A stretch of 64,000 nucleotides of DNA from assembly GCA_049724395.1 (NCBI GenBank), contig JAUGWO010000053.1:1-64000 (forward strand), given 5' to 3'. This DNA comes from Spongospora subterranea f. sp. subterranea. Its lineage: Eukaryota. The translations under genes and the position numbers were made by a program. Every line of letters begins with the position of its first letter. Positions within the stretch are counted from its first letter, which is position 1. The notes beneath the pieces are model-generated. The model searched no databases. It saw only the letters and a list, made by a program, of their open reading frames with translations, and was not told where the DNA came from. Positions 50,679 to 62,919 of this stretch are shown one piece after another.

Positions 50679-52926
50679 CTAGAAAAGCAACGAACTCTGT
50701 CCCAGATGCCGTAGCGTATAGCAATCTGATCGCAAAGCTTCCGAAGCGTATGACATTTGGCAACGCATAGGTCGTTCGAGCAACTTCAACGCGTCGGATT
50801 CGCTAAATCCCTCCTTGAGCAAGTCAACAGCATCAAATAAAGGTTTTCGTCTTGAAAACAACTTCCCTTCCGCAGAGCTCTTGGCACCTCGCCAATTCTT
50901 GCCAGGACGCGATTCCAGCTCTTCTATCGGCGGTACAACGACGTTGTCCATGGAAATACCGCAGTATTTACATTCCTCCCATGCATCGTGCACCGTCGTC
51001 ACAGATCTGTTCATTCGGAACGGGGACAACAACAGCCGGGTCAGGTACAATGACAGCCGGCTCGATGATATAATCGGCATGCCATTCGTGTCAAAATGAA
51101 GCGATTCTGAAGGACTACTCGCAACAGCGACAGCATCTGCGATCGCAGACGATCCAACCTGTGATTACCATCAATACTTCTCTTAATATGGTTTTCAGAA
51201 ATCATGCAGTTGATCCGCCCATACCTGTGCCGACATACAATTTCCCAGTCGGGTTAAGGTGGACGCCATCACTTGAAGACATTCGTTGCGGAGCATTGGC
51301 AAATTTTTGTGCATGTCCTCATTAACTTGCTGGATCTTCTGGTCGAACTTCTGGTCAAGACAAGATATTGATCGCGAATGAACAGCGCTCGCATAAATGA
51401 CCGCCGACGGCTGGCAACGCTCGCAAGACTTCGATCGTCGACGGGGTTACGGTGGAAGAGATTTTGCCGGACAGCTCAGCATTAAAGGTCGTGAACGCCT
51501 CTGAAGAGAATATCGGACGTTGCCATATTGCATGAGATGAATGATTTTCATTAGCCATTAGAATAGCAGAACCTTGTAGGATGACTGTTCGCATGTGGTC
51601 TAGCAAACTGAGAAAGCTTTGTCCTGCAATCTCCGTCTTTCTAACGCCGGACGATAACAACGTTGCAACCTGTTTTGTGACGCCTCCAGACCAGGAAACA
51701 CCAACTTTCGAAGATGTTCTGGCGGGTCCAGCAGAGCTCGTGGCAGGTAATACTGTTTGGGATCGGCAGAGAACCCTGCCAAAACCCGAACGCATTTCCA
51801 AGGGATGACGTTGTTTGTGTAGCCGGGCGAACGTACTTGCCAGTGGCCAATCTTGTCAACAGAGGCTTCACTTGCACCCAGATTTTCGGCCATGGACGCG
51901 CCGCCCTTTCGACCCATCTGGGTTTTCGTTGTGATGGCCAGACCGAACGAAGCTTGAGCGGCTTTAATGGCTTCATACTGTTTGGTGTATGTCATCGGCT
52001 TATCTGAATGGATATCATTCGACAAAACGTACAGATTGTAACAACGGCTTGCTTCAGAAAGATCAGGCCAAGGATCGCCCCGAATTCGAAATTAAAAAAA
52101 AGAATACGTAGACAAGCTTTCAAAAGGGCACAAACTTACTGATGAATGACGCATCAACGCATTCTGTTGCATTTTTCCACACTGGTTTTTGTTCGACGCC
52201 ACACAGTACACAGAAGATGAGCGCTACTGGCACCTTCGCCGGGGAAAAATTTATGTCCAATCTCCGATAACTTGAGTCGTCGAAGATTGTCGCCCCTGCA
52301 CGTCAGAGCGAATGATAACAGATAACCTGTCCGGTTCTTTAGACCCTCCTCGCTGTCCAAGTCCCAATATTGCTTGGCGAGTTTGCCAAACTCCTGGACG
52401 GAAATTTCATCGGCCAAAGTCCCAATTCCAGGATCTAAAAACATTGCGTTTTCACGATCCATTACGTCCTTTTTTGAGCTTTGGAGGAATTTTTTGATAA
52501 ACGGAAGGCGTGCCGGTATTGGAATTTCAGGAAAATTCCGCCCCAGCATATGCTGTAGTCTCCAAAGATCCATAACAGCATTGACGTATCCAACAAGAGT
52601 ATGCCACCCCAAATGATCAGGGCGGCGGTTCTCCGGTTGAGACGAGCGTTTCCGGCCAGGCTTATATGGCCGACGATCTTTGACTTCGTGCAAAAAAAGC
52701 AGAAACTTGCTTTCATTGATCAAATCATTTTGAGAGACTTTGCAAACGTTCCAGTCAAGGAATTCTTTCTGTTTGCCCGACCACGTGTTGTTCTTCGTCG
52801 TCTGAGGACGATGCTCGCCGACTCAAAATTGCAAACGATGTGCGGCTTGCAATTCTTCCTAACCGTAGGCCAGTTTGTTGCCTACGCTGTTCCGCTAGGT
52901 AGAGACGAGACGACGGTCGGATTCAT
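50679..52926 (-). mobile_element. Crypton (tyrosine recombinase transposon) pseudogene with GCR1_C-like C-terminus
   Basis: N-terminal KQKEF and ESKFLLFL, GYVNAVMDLWRLQ, catalytic-type CRGDNLR, TQMGRKGGASMAE..GHW..GY, LAGF...YYLPRA, and GCR1_C-like FRMNRSVTTVHDAWEE..PPIEELE..WR..FSRRK. Confidence 0.85.
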
Positions 52927-52929
52927 TGC

Positions 52930-55900
52930 GGGAGGTATTTCTGTCAGTCGACTGATAGCAGGCCACGCATCAGTACTAACTCCCACTAACTTAGTTAGTT
53001 GCGACTGATCCATCAGTCGCTGGTGTACACATGTACACTGTCAGGTTTGATTTTGAGCACGTGTGGTCGTGTGCTCAAGGATCCCCCTGATTATCCGCCA
53101 TTGCCATCTTTGATTATGTGGAACGCCCTTTCTTACGTTCGATCTCTTGCAAGTAAACGGAGTATATCCGATGTTTATGGTGAGGTTGAATTCGAACCGG
53201 ACTCTGGCCCATTAGAGGATGCTGTGTCTCCGCCTGTTTCTGACCTGGTTGACGCTCAGCATCCCGATGTTGTTCTGGATTATGGCGATGAGTTGAATGC
53301 TGGTCCCGCTCTGGATAATGATATCAATGACGTAAGACGAATAGAATGCCGATACTGTGCTGTATATTGACAATGCAGACCAGGACGATTTGAATGTTGA
53401 TCCTTTGCTGTACGATGACTTTGGAGAACAGGATGATGTAAACATTGATCCTTGGCTGCACAATGAAAACCAGGATGATGTGATTATTGATTCTGCTGGC
53501 GAATGTGACGCTGCAAACCAGGACACGCCTTCTGTTTTTTCTTGTTTCGAAGATATTTTGAAGTTTGAAGAAGCCCGTGCTGCCGAAGGCATTTTTGGTC
53601 TAGCGAAAAACTTTCGAAACTTTACCAAAGATGAATTTCGCCAATGTTTTGGGGATATCACATTCAAAAATGTTGTCCGGCGAGGGCACTTCTACTCAAT
53701 GCAAAAGACCTGACATTGCCGAAAGCTCAGATCGCTACCGAGTTCAATTTCGATTCAACCCTCTTTTGAATCAGTATGAAATAGTCCCGAAACTGACTCA
53801 TCGCCGACATAATCATATACTGAAGAGATTTCAAGTGCGAGCCGCCCAAAGAATTTTCATTGAGAGAACTTCCGAGATTTCTCTGGCAGAACTGCAGTAC
53901 GTGATGGAATTGGGCGCGATATCAATTCGCGTTTCTAAAGCCAGGGAGGCAATGCGTGCCAAGTGGTCAGACCGTGATTACGACGGCCGCTTACTTGGTC
54001 GTTTACTCAAAAAAGGATACCAAAGCAAGTTTGGCTCCGACCCGGATTCCGTTAGCAAACTGATGGATTTTGGTAACCAATATCGTCAAACCGGTGGGAT
54101 TTTCGATTTTAGAATTGGATCTGATATGCATCTATTGGATTTGATAGTTGCAAAACCTTCCATGTTGCCCTATATCAGCGAATTCGGTGACATGTTCATC
54201 AATGATGGTACACATGGATGTGATACCTCTGGAATGCTTCTCATGATCAACACATTGGTTGATTCCCTGGGAAAATCAGTAATGGCAGGATATTCGCAAT
54301 TCCGATCTGAGCAGGCCGAGCATATAATCCGCGCTCTGACCGTTTTAGGATTGGACTCAGCAGGTGGAACATTGATGACTGATGAAGGGCTTGCCTATCC
54401 AGTGGTGGCGTCCACGCTAAACAAAAAGCATGTTCTTTGTGTGCAGCATTATCAACAGCAAATATTTCCTGCACGAGCGGGGCTTTTGGGCGATCAAAGC
54501 ACACAATTCATTCAAGATGCAAATGCCGCTTTTTTCCAGGAATTTTCATCCGACGACGCGTTAGTTGAACATCTGAAGGCTTGTCTCTGCACATTCGCTT
54601 CATCTTCTACTGCGGTTCGATTCATTGAGAAACTTATTCGGGACCGTTTTAAGGTTTGCGTCACAAACACCAGCAAAGTCTTCACTGCTGGTGCCAGAGC
54701 AACCCAGCGGGGCGAGGGTTCCAACTCAAGAGTTAAGTGTAAAGGGGAGAAGAAAAAAGAATTGAAGAAGTTCAATCTTTTCCAATTTGCTCAGCACTTC
54801 GAAGCGATGGTAGAGGTGCAAGAAGAAACTTCTCTGAAGATTTTAATGAAATTAATAGAGGAAGGAAAGCTGATCAGTGAATTCACCTGTAAAAATGTGC
54901 AAGCTGAATTTAACAAAGTTTCCCAGTGTGTCATTGCTTCAAAAACCCAAACCTTTGCTCAGGAAGTGGCAGTATTTGAAGTTCAAGATTCCAGAGAAAT
55001 GCGGATCGTTTTTGTTCTGTTTCATTATGGCAAGACAGACGCAGTCCGCCAACTGGTTCATGCTCGTTTTTTGCATCGTTTCACATGCCTTGTCGGCACA
55101 TTTGCATTGACGCAAATTGTGATCCGTTTGATGTATTTCTCGCATTTACTTTTCGACATCGTTCTGAACCCATTACGCTTATAGATTGAAATTTTTCCCA
55201 GGCGATGGCAAATCCGGCATCATCCGTTGTTTCCAATGGCCCTTGTTAGACTGAGTTTGATCACCGCATCTCCTTCAGAAAGTGGTCGGATCCAACCACA
55301 ATCAATGAATGATCAATATGACGTTGTCGCTGATGCATATGCTCAAATCACTTATCCACGAGATGAAGCCACCCGCTTCACCACACTCATGTCGGATTTC
55401 AAGCATCTTGTTGCTTTCGCGACACAATCTCCCAATCTTTTCAGGCGAACCCGTTTAGCAATAAGCAATCTGCTGAACGCACGATCGTCCCAAGAAGTTC
55501 TTGAAACTTCATTGGCAGTTGAAGGCACAGCTGCTTTTTCAGTTCTACCTCCGCTACGTGGGCCAGCCCAACGCGGCCGGCATATGACGAAAGCAGATAT
55601 TAGTAATCATTCACGTCTAACAAAACGTTCAGCAAAAGTACAAAAGGGATGCACCAGCTGCAGGCGTGAAAATCGAGTTCAGCTGGACAACCACAGGTCA
55701 AATAGCTCGAAATGCCCACTACGACAGCATGATAAGGCAAATGCTGAGGAACCGAAACTAATTTCAGCACCTGAATTTTCAGATATCGACTCCCTAATGC
55801 TCAATGAAGCAATGAACCGCATTCTTGGCTATGGCGACGACATTGAAGAAGCAAGTAGTGAAGTTTTACTTCAAGCAAAGAAACTACTAGAAGGACAGTT

Positions 55901-56551
55901 TGCGAGTAAAGCAGGATTATCTCATCATAATCAGTGGCTTTGTAAAATCGGTAATTTTTTGAAAACATTGTTTTGGTCAGGATTTTCATACATGTTTTCA
56001 GACAATTTGTTGCTAGAATCCGTCCCATTGGTAGATCTTATGAGGCGCGAACAATTGTAATAAATACTATATAATTTTGATGTATATTTTGATTCTGTCT
56101 TCAGAACACATTCTGAATGAAATGCGGTGATCAAATTCATTTTTAAACGGAGACTGGGAACAATGAGTGATGTCGAGTTTGCCATCGAGAGAGGAGTTCT
56201 CGATCTATAAAGCGTACTCAGTACAGAACAATGTCGAAAAGTGCATGCAGAAAAAGGATTATCGTTTGCCAATGGGTCCTGCCACACTGGAAACGAACAA
56301 AACCATCCGTATTGTTGTTACAATCAAGAACACGACGAAGTTGGCAATGGCGGATATTCAGTGGATGCTTTGAATCATGAACAAGATCACACGTACTGTA
56401 CAGTAAAGTTAAACCTGACAGAGCGCATGTGTACACCAGCGACTGATGGATCAGTCGCAACTAACTAAGTTAGTGGGAGTTAGTTGTCGACTGATGGGAT
56501 CAGTCGACTGATGCGTGGCCTGCTATCAGTCGACTGACAGAAATACCTCCC
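52930..56551 (+). mobile_element. Mutator-like (MULE) DNA transposon with ~130-170 bp TIRs
   Basis: Left end GGGAGGTATTTCTGTCAGTCGACTGAT..., right end ...ATCAGTCGACTGACAGAAATACCTCCC. A transposase lies inside. Confidence 0.9.
52999..56060 (+). pseudogene. MULE transposase, frameshifted (DDE + SWIM + zinc knuckle); start uncertain
   Basis: INDGTH (D1), LMTDEG (D2), LCVQH (CxxH), QRGEGSNS (E). SWIM remnant SCSFFASFHMPCRH in a shifted frame at ~55060. C-terminal CTSC..H..CP. Confidence 0.85.
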
Positions 56552-56871
56552 GTACAGTACCATTCTTAGTGTGTTGAATACCTTAAAACAGTGTGCTATT
56601 ATACCATCCCACGCACGTTTTACATTGGTGTGTTGAGAACCCAAAACAAGTGTGTTTTAGTACCATTCTTAGGGTGTGTCTGGATGACGCATAATATCAT
56701 GATAAAACTCCGTGTCACCCATGATTTATCCGAAACCCATGAGTTTGCCAAGATAGGGGTGTCTGGATGTCAAATATCAAGGACTTAAACCCACGGAATT
56801 ATCATGGGTTAAATATTGAGGCGGACCTCAATATTTAACCCATGATATTATTCTAGACTCCGTGGTTCATC

Positions 56872-57898
56872 ATGGGCGCTGATCGTGTTCGAGCCAGCTG
56901 GACAAACGACATGGACGAATGTTGGATCTCAGAAATGATTCATCAAGCGAATGTTCTTGGCAAAAGGGCGCAATCTGGCTTCAAACGGGAGGCGTGGGAT
57001 GCCGCCGTCAAAATTTTAAATAACAGGTTCCAAATCAATTATGATCGGGAGCATGTAAAAACCCGTTCAATAACCGTACGTGCTGCATGGCTAGAATCGT
57101 GTTTTAGTATTAAATGGCAGTATCAGCTGAAAAGGGATTTTGATACAGTAAATAGAATCAAAAACCTGAGTGGGTTCGGATGGGATGACCGTCGGTATCT
57201 GGCGACAGCACCTACTCTTGTTTGGGAGGAATACATCGCCGTATGGTGTTGAGGTCGTATCAGCAACCATATTTGATAACCATCGTTTAGGCACATCCGA
57301 GGTGTAAAAAATGGATGACAACATCCATGCCATTGTTCCCGTTACTTCAGCAACTGTTTGAAGACGTTATCGCAAACGGGGAATTCGCTTATTCTGCCGG
57401 CGCCAGAGCGTTATCGGATCAGGAGGATTCTATTTCGCCGATGTTTCCGTAGATATTTCGTCTAACAGTAGTTCGGGCTCTTCTGCATCGGGGAAGCGAA
57501 CCCCGACTCGAGAAATAATTATGACGTCTCCAGCCCCGACCATAAAAAAGCTTCAGACTCCAAAGTCTACATCCAGCGCGAACACATCCAAAAAACGTGT
57601 TGCTAAGAGCAAACAAAACGGGGCCATGGCTCTGGCGCAAGTAATGACCCAGGCAAATCTCTTGTCCCAGCAAGAGTTGGAGTTTTTCAAAACCAGCAAT
57701 GTATTTCGGAAAGAAAACTCGGACACGGTTGATGCGCTGGCGATTGTTGATGAACTGGAGATGACAGATGAAGAGCGCCTAGATGCTTACGATGTGATCG
57801 CGGACGAAAAAACGGCAACTCTGTTTATTCATATGAAACCAGCGATGCGGCGCCTGTGGCTGTTTAGACAGTTGAAGTGTATTTATATTAGTCATTAA
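56872..57898 (+). CDS. Myb/SANT-like DNA-binding protein of the PIF element (intron-containing)
   Basis: RASWTNDMD..GFKREAW..LKRDF..LSGFGWDD..VWEEYI and C-terminal FIHMKPAMRRLWL. Confidence 0.85.
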
Positions 57899-57915
57899 TT
57901 TTTCTATTGTCGCCG

Positions 57916-59190
57916 TCAGTGTCGTGCTAAATAGCTTTGGTAATCTTTGAACATCGTTTCAGCAATTTCGTCCCGAAATGCTCGCGCCTCAGCACTGGCC
58001 TGGCCAGAACACGGTGACACGTTTTTAATTTTCGATCGTTGAATGTCTAAGGCTAAAGCTTCTTGTTCAAAGGAATCATTGCGGCCGCCGTGCAATCGGA
58101 TAAAATTATGAACTGTACACAGTGCAATTACGATATCAACTTGAAATCGGTACGGGTATTGCATGGCGGCGACCAAAACAGGTAATCGATTTTTCAAAAC
58201 TCCAAATATCCTCTCAATGCAATTGCGCAAACTTGCGTGCCTGAGGTTAAAAAGCTCTTCCTTAGTCTGTGGCCTACAACAAAAATTGAGTCACGGTTCA
58301 TACAAAGTTCTAGACGTTCTCACTTCTGTGTTCCTTGTCCCCATTCATGAAGATGATATCTCGTCCCTCTGTAGGGAGTTAGCATGTAAGGAGTCAACGC
58401 AAAACCAGCATCTCCCAGGTCAAACTTTCCTTTATCAACTCGGTAATCATTCACAAGAGCATTTTCAAGCAATTTGCCGTCCCCTGCCGTGCCCTCCCAG
58501 CCGGCCAAGACGTATGTAAATTGTAAATCAAAAGTGCAAGCGGCCAACACATTCTGCGTCAATCCTTTTCGGCCTCGGAACCGTTGAGCAACATTGGCGG
58601 GAACAAATACAGGTAAATGAGTACCATCTATGGCCATCCGACAATTGTCAAAATAAGGGCTGAATTTGGGAATTTCAGATATTTCACAAGGAATCGCGGC
58701 ATCTGCTTCCGGAAGCTTTATGTAAGTTGAGGCCAAAGCCACCAAAGCTCTGACGACTGCGTATAAATGCCTAGAATAAAAAATGAAATATTGCTCTGAA
58801 GATTTATGGCAAAAATTACCTAGTTATAGTCTCTCCCGAATGCTGAAATCTCTCCTGCATTTGCCTATTGGTTGCCCTTTGGCCCGCAAAATACAAGAAC
58901 ATGACTACCTGCTCTTCGGAGGAGACATTACGAGTGGGTTGTAGTAGCCCAGATTCAACCAGCTTGTCCACCAATAATCGAAAAACGACTCGATCCATAC
59001 GAATAACATGTTTTCTTCTGTGAGGATTGCCGTTCAAAAGTTCTTCAACCTAGCCTGCCCCTTTTAAAATGGAGGTATGACTGGGCTGCTTGATCAGATA
59101 TCTCCAGCAGTACCAGCTGAGAATTTGGCGAATTGCACTGTTGCGTTTTCGCCGGGCGACCAGTTGCCGTATTGCCAATTGCTGTGACAT
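57916..59190 (-). pseudogene. PIF/Harbinger DDE transposase (3 exons) with an in-frame TAG at ~59050
   Basis: Motifs RMDRVVF, ERFQHSGETI, AIDGTH, VLAGWEG, LGDAGF and RNCIERIFGVLK. The N-terminus reads HTSILKGQA*VEELLNG. Confidence 0.85.
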
Positions 59191-59419
59191 CAACACAATT
59201 GCGAAATTCCAGAATTCCCGCCAAAATGCCTTGCGTCAGTCGTCAGGTTATGTCATCCAGACAGTACGAAACTCACGCAATATCATGGGTTAGGCTAACC
59301 CATGATAATGGTACCCTATATCATGGGTTTGGCAAACCCATGATATTGAGTTCCGTGGACATCCAGACGGGCCCTTAGTGTGTTACCTACCGAAGTTGGT
59401 GTGCTCAGGTCTCTCCCTC

Positions 59420-59770
59420 CCAGTCATGACGTTCAAAAGACTGGATTCAATTCATTCGAATTAAATCAGAGGCCCCGCCATACAAATGACTGGTGGAGGC
59501 CGTAGTCCAGCAATACGACTTTGGCTCGTTTGTGGACCCCGAAGGTTTAACTGAGGTTGGCAGGTTTATGGGTTGTTGGGGCTACGGGTTTAAGAGGGGC
59601 CTACAGAATTGACTGGATCAAAAAGCTGGATCAAAAAGTGCGTGCCAGTCTTTGAATCCAGTCTTTTCTGTCCAACAGAAAAGACTGGATTCAAATCACC
59701 AGTCATGACGTTCAAAAGACTGGATTCAATCATTCGAATTAAATCAGAGGCCCCGCCATACAAATGACTC
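59420..59770 (-). repeat. Rearranged inverted copy of 61860-62130
   Basis: 59420-59597 is the reverse complement of ~61860-62041. 59611-59769 is the reverse complement of ~61973-62130. Confidence 0.9.
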
Positions 59771-61590
59771 AAAGGATTTTCTGCGAAGTGAATGAACAGG
59801 GTTACCGGACTGCGGTTTGGCAAAAATTCGAAAACTCATTCATGAGCCCGTCATTGAGGTTTTTAATTCGGCGATTGAGGAATTACAGTCCGAATATCCC
59901 AACGCCACCAAATGGTTTGACTGGTGGCTTCGTGACGCGGTCGCTAGGCTTATATTTGCATGCAAATCGTGCACTGATAAAGAATTCGAAGAAATGGCCC
60001 GCAGTGATTCGAACCCAATCGAGTCAATGCATTCGACATTTAATCAGATTGCGGATCGCAAAAATTCGCTTGTGTATGGAATGTCAATCTTGACGATGTT
60101 CTCGGAGTCTTTACGACAAGATTTCGAGGATGTCGCATCTGGCGTAACCGTTCACTACGGGCAATCTGAACGATGGAAAAGGCAAATCGATAAATACGCC
60201 AGAAAGGCGCCGGTCGTCGTTCGCAATCGGAAACTTGCCAATGACGGGCGAGCCCCTGACACTTCTAAGGAATTAGTTGGCCCGGACAACATAGTAAAAG
60301 CCAAATTAGGTCGCCCCAAAGGAAGTCGTAACATTGATAAAAACGCACTGACTACGTATCAAAGTTATAGCCATGACAATAACACGTGCTACATCACGTC
60401 TTTATTGGAATGTTTATTTGCTTGTTTCCAGGTTTGCCCTGTACGTAGATTGCTCGTTGAATCTGTGCAATTCTGACTCTCAACTCTATGTCACTTAGAT
60501 GAATGCAATGCTGTTTTCTGGCTGCTATGAGCCTTTTCTGAAAATGATTGGTCATTTTCAACTCAGGTCCGAGGCTTCGTCACATACGAACATTACTGGA
60601 CTGCTCAAATCCGGTCTCAGTCAACTTGTCCAGTTCGTGGTACATGACCGCAAACTTTTCCGTTCAGGACAGTTTGATAATCCTGCCACCGTTTTTCAAG
60701 CACTGTTCCAAGTGGATGATCACTCAGATTTCTGTACCTTCCTTCATGTAATATTGTCAACTGATTACTAACGATTCGAATTGCGCCTGATTGTTTTTTT
60801 TTCAGCGATCTCTCTTCTGTGACGCTGGACATGAAAATAGTTACTCTGAAAGGAGTTTGCCTGTTATTGTATGTTGATTGGGAAGAGTCTTGTATTGGCG
60901 ATTATTGATGAAATTGGAATCTTCAGGAGATTTCTGCGTTGGTGGTTGCACAACTAGGTGACAATCTTCCCGATATTTTGAATCGGTGGTCAACAACCGG
61001 CATTGACGACTGGATGCCGAGGGGCTGCAATTGCTGCCACCTGAAAGTAATTCACTGCAGAACTAAAGTGAAGTTATTGAACAAGGTGCTATTCATTGAA
61101 CTAGGTATGGATATTGAGAGTGAACAGCTCCGATGTCCTGAAACTATGAGTGTGGATGGTCGTGACTGGCAGTTGATGGGCCGCATTTACTCATCTAAGG
61201 ACTGGGGCTGCCATTTTTTTGCAATTGTTCGAAGAAACGACGTTCCGCTGAAGGGTTTCTATATCTATGATGATCTCGTCAACAGTGGACGTGCAATGTA
61301 TCATTCCCTAAATCTCCCGGAGCAGTGCAACCTGTCAAGATACCTCTTCTACACTCTACAACAGGGAACTACTGGTAATGTTAACTTGTATCTAATTGAC
61401 ACCGTTTGTTTTATTCTCCCACAGAAACGGTGGATAACCTGAACAGTTTTGTTGCCGTTACAAAACCCGAGGGGAAGGCCAATACAGCAGTCGTTGCGAA
61501 GGTGTGCAAAGAGACGTTCATGACGTGTTCCAATTGCCTCCAGACGGGCCACACCAGGAGATCAAAATCTTGTCCCAAAAACTTATAAAA
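59770..61590 (+). mobile_element. 5'-truncated Mutator-like transposase C-terminus fused to USP/C19-like cysteine peptidase and zinc knuckle
   Basis: KWFDWW..SNPIESMHS, NDGRAPDT, Cys-box NNTCYITSLL, His-box WQLMGRIY..GCHFFAIV..FYIYDD and CSNCLQTGHTRRSKSCP. Intron at 60432-60498. Confidence 0.6.
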
Positions 61591-61603
61591 TAATTTCTCA
61601 ACA

Positions 61604-62672
61604 ACTTGCAAACGAAAATAATCTGAATCGACGGACAAAGAAGTCGACTGCGATATCAGCCCTTTCATCAAGTTTTGAAAAACGGCATAGAACCGTCCAG
61701 AGTGTCCAGCCTTCTGCAGAGTTTGCCCGATATTTGATTAACTTGTCTAAGCGTTTCAATTTTCTCGAGTGCCACTTGGACGAGTTCAAGCCTGGACGAG
61801 TCTTCGCTAAAGCTGCACCTCTTAGGGTCTTTTACACTGTCCTAAACCCCAAGCTGCCACCTCTTAAACCCGTAACCCCAACAACCCATAAACCTGCCAA
61901 CCTCGTTAAACCTTGGGGGTCCACAAACGAGCCAACTGCCAAGGTGGTATTGCTGGACTACGGCCTCCACCAGTCATTTGTATGGCGGGGCCTCTGATTT
62001 AATTCGAATGATTGAATCCAGTCTTTTGAACGTCATGACTGGTGATTTGAATCCAGTCTTTTCTGTTGGACAGAAAAGACTGGATTCAAAGACTGGCACG
62101 CACTTTTTGATCCAGCCTTTTGATCCAGTCTTTTCTAGTGGCCCGTTTAAGAGGTGGCACCTTGGGGTTTAGGACAGTGTTAGAGGTGGCAGCTTGGGGA
62201 CAGTGTAAAAGACCCTAAGAGGTGGCAGCTTGGGGTTTAGGACAGTGTAAAAGACCCTAAGAGGTGGCACCTTGGGGTTTAGGACAGTGTAAAAGATCCT
62301 AAGAGGTGGCACCTTGGGGTTTAGGACAGTGTTAGAGGTGGCAGCTTGGGGACAGTGTAAAAGACCCTAAGAGGTGGCAGCTTGGGGTTTAGGACAGTGT
62401 AAAAGACCCTAAGAGGTGGCACCTTGGGGTTTAGGACAGTGTAAAAGATCCTAAGAGGTGGCAGCTTTAGCGAAGACTCGTCCAGGCTTCAACTCGTCCA
62501 AGTGGCACTCGAGAAAATTGAAACGCTTAGACAAGGTAATCAAATATCGGGCAAACTCTGCAGAAGGTTGGACACTCTGGACGGTTCTATGCCGTTATTC
62601 AAAACTTGATGAAAGGGCTGATATCGCAGTCGACTTCTTCGTCCATCGATTCAGATTTTTTCGTTACCAAGT
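61604..62672. repeat. Long inverted repeat (arms ~61604-61869 and ~62145-62672)
   Basis: ORF 61598-61789(-) and ORF 62458-62901(+) share NSSKWHSRKLKRLDK.IKYRANSAEGWTLW. The DNA arms are reverse complements. Confidence 0.92.
62148..62466 (+). repeat. 42-bp tandem repeat AAGAGGTGGCAGCTTGGGGTTTAGGACAGTGTAAAAGACCCT, 8 units in two ~152-bp higher-order blocks
   Basis: Directly visible. The unit-length pattern ~33,35,42,42 occurs twice. Confidence 0.95.
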
Positions 62673-62919
62673 ATTTCAACGTTCGTCAACCGCTAACTCT
62701 GCAATAGTAAGCCCAACACCGTCGTTACCATTCGATTCTCACTCCTTTCAATCAGAAATGGCTTCGTGGCGCCTTTCAGTACGGACACTCGGACGATGTC
62801 CACCCGTCCGTAACATCGCCCGACGGTACTCGCAATCTCGATTTAGAACGAGCCGGAATCGTAATCATATCGCAGTTTATCCTTATTATCAGCTCTGCTA
62901 ATGCCCATATCTTTTCAGT

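Larger units (their letters stand above)
56672..59374. mobile_element. PIF/Harbinger transposon
   Basis: TTA TSD at 56669-56671 and 59375-59377. TIRs GGGTGTGTCTGGATG / CATCCAGACGGGCCC. Subterminal ACCCATGA/TCATGGGT repeats. Two convergent genes. Confidence 0.95.

Noticed and set aside
62148..62466. Telomere-like GGGGTTTAGG motif
   Set aside because: Only one motif per 42-bp unit, not a contiguous telomeric array.
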